The position numbers and the translations under genes were made by a program. A DNA stretch of 64,000 bases, taken from Eledone cirrhosa (Eukaryota). The stretch spans positions 15,128,001 through 15,192,000 of the forward strand of contig OZ024749.1 in the NCBI GenBank assembly GCA_964016885.1, read 5' to 3'. Under the pieces are notes generated by a model. The model was given only the letters and a program-made list of their open reading frames with translations, was not told the DNA's origin and did not search any database. Shown in pieces: positions 63,384 to 64,000 of the stretch (position 1 is its first letter; every line of letters starts with the position of its first letter).

Positions 63384-63985
63384 TTCCTCTCGACCCCATA
63401 ATCTTCTGTATTCCCAATCCTTGCTCCCAAATACAGGAAGTCCTCAACAATTCTAGCGGCTTCCCGCCTACATTAGTAATCTTCTCTGGCTTCTTAATAT
63501 TCTCTACCAGATATTTTGTCTTAATCTCATTCATTCTCAGCCCCACACTCATCGACACAGTCTCCACCTCCTGCATCAAATTCTCTGCCTCCTTCACTGT
63601 GTTTGTCACCAAAACTATGTCGTCGGCAAATTCAGCATCTGATATCTTTTTTGCTTTAACTTTCCTGCTCTGAGCCGGTGCTACAGTAAAGAACTCAGAG
63701 CTGTACGGGAGCCTCTCAAAAGTCAACTCAAAAGTGACACAGAGGAGACTGAGGTTACCTGGACATGCTCACCGACATCCATAGTTGACACTGCACTCAG
63801 TGCTCCTTTGGGAGCCCCTGCATGGACGCACTGGAAGAGGAAGACCGAAGTTAACGTATGTTGATGCCCAAAGGACAGACACTGGTCTGTTGGAGACGCA
63901 GGACATGGTAGCGATAATGAGGGACAGAGACCGCTGGATAGAACTCGTTCATGGATCTCAGGAATTTTACCTGTCCTAGATAGAT
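63384..63985. pseudogene. Truncated RTE-like LINE with inverted 5' segment
   Basis: Minus strand FADD...GLRMN.KTK RT piece (63384-63690) joined head-to-head to plus strand ELYG...RRLRLPGH...GRGRPK...MRDRDRW; (TAGA)n tail. Confidence 0.75.
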
Positions 63986-64000
63986 ATATATATATATATG

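Overview
Eukaryotic, AT-rich, repeat-saturated animal DNA. The SINE, RTE and (TA)n landscape suggests a coleoid cephalopod such as Octopus (inference). No host gene can be confidently called, and most ORFs in the track are translated microsatellites. Two apparently intact non-LTR retrotransposons are present. One is a full-length two-ORF Tx1/L1-clade LINE (6771-12800, +) in a (TTA)n tract with a highly structured 5' UTR. The other is a full-length RTE-clade LINE (ORF 54041-57160, -) carrying a PHD-type zinc finger inside its RT region. Also present: several truncated RTE copies, tRNA/CORE SINEs with RTE-derived tails, piggyBac/hAT/Tc1 MITEs, a Helitron-bounded 7 kb nest and four large minisatellites. 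The most striking hidden layer is a dozen or so short non-coding elements beside (TA)n tracts that carry type I hammerhead ribozyme motifs (CUGANGA...GAAA, palindromic stem III). Several are arranged as fold-back inverted repeats, consistent with Penelope-like pLTR/retrozyme elements. All coordinates and pairings were read by eye.
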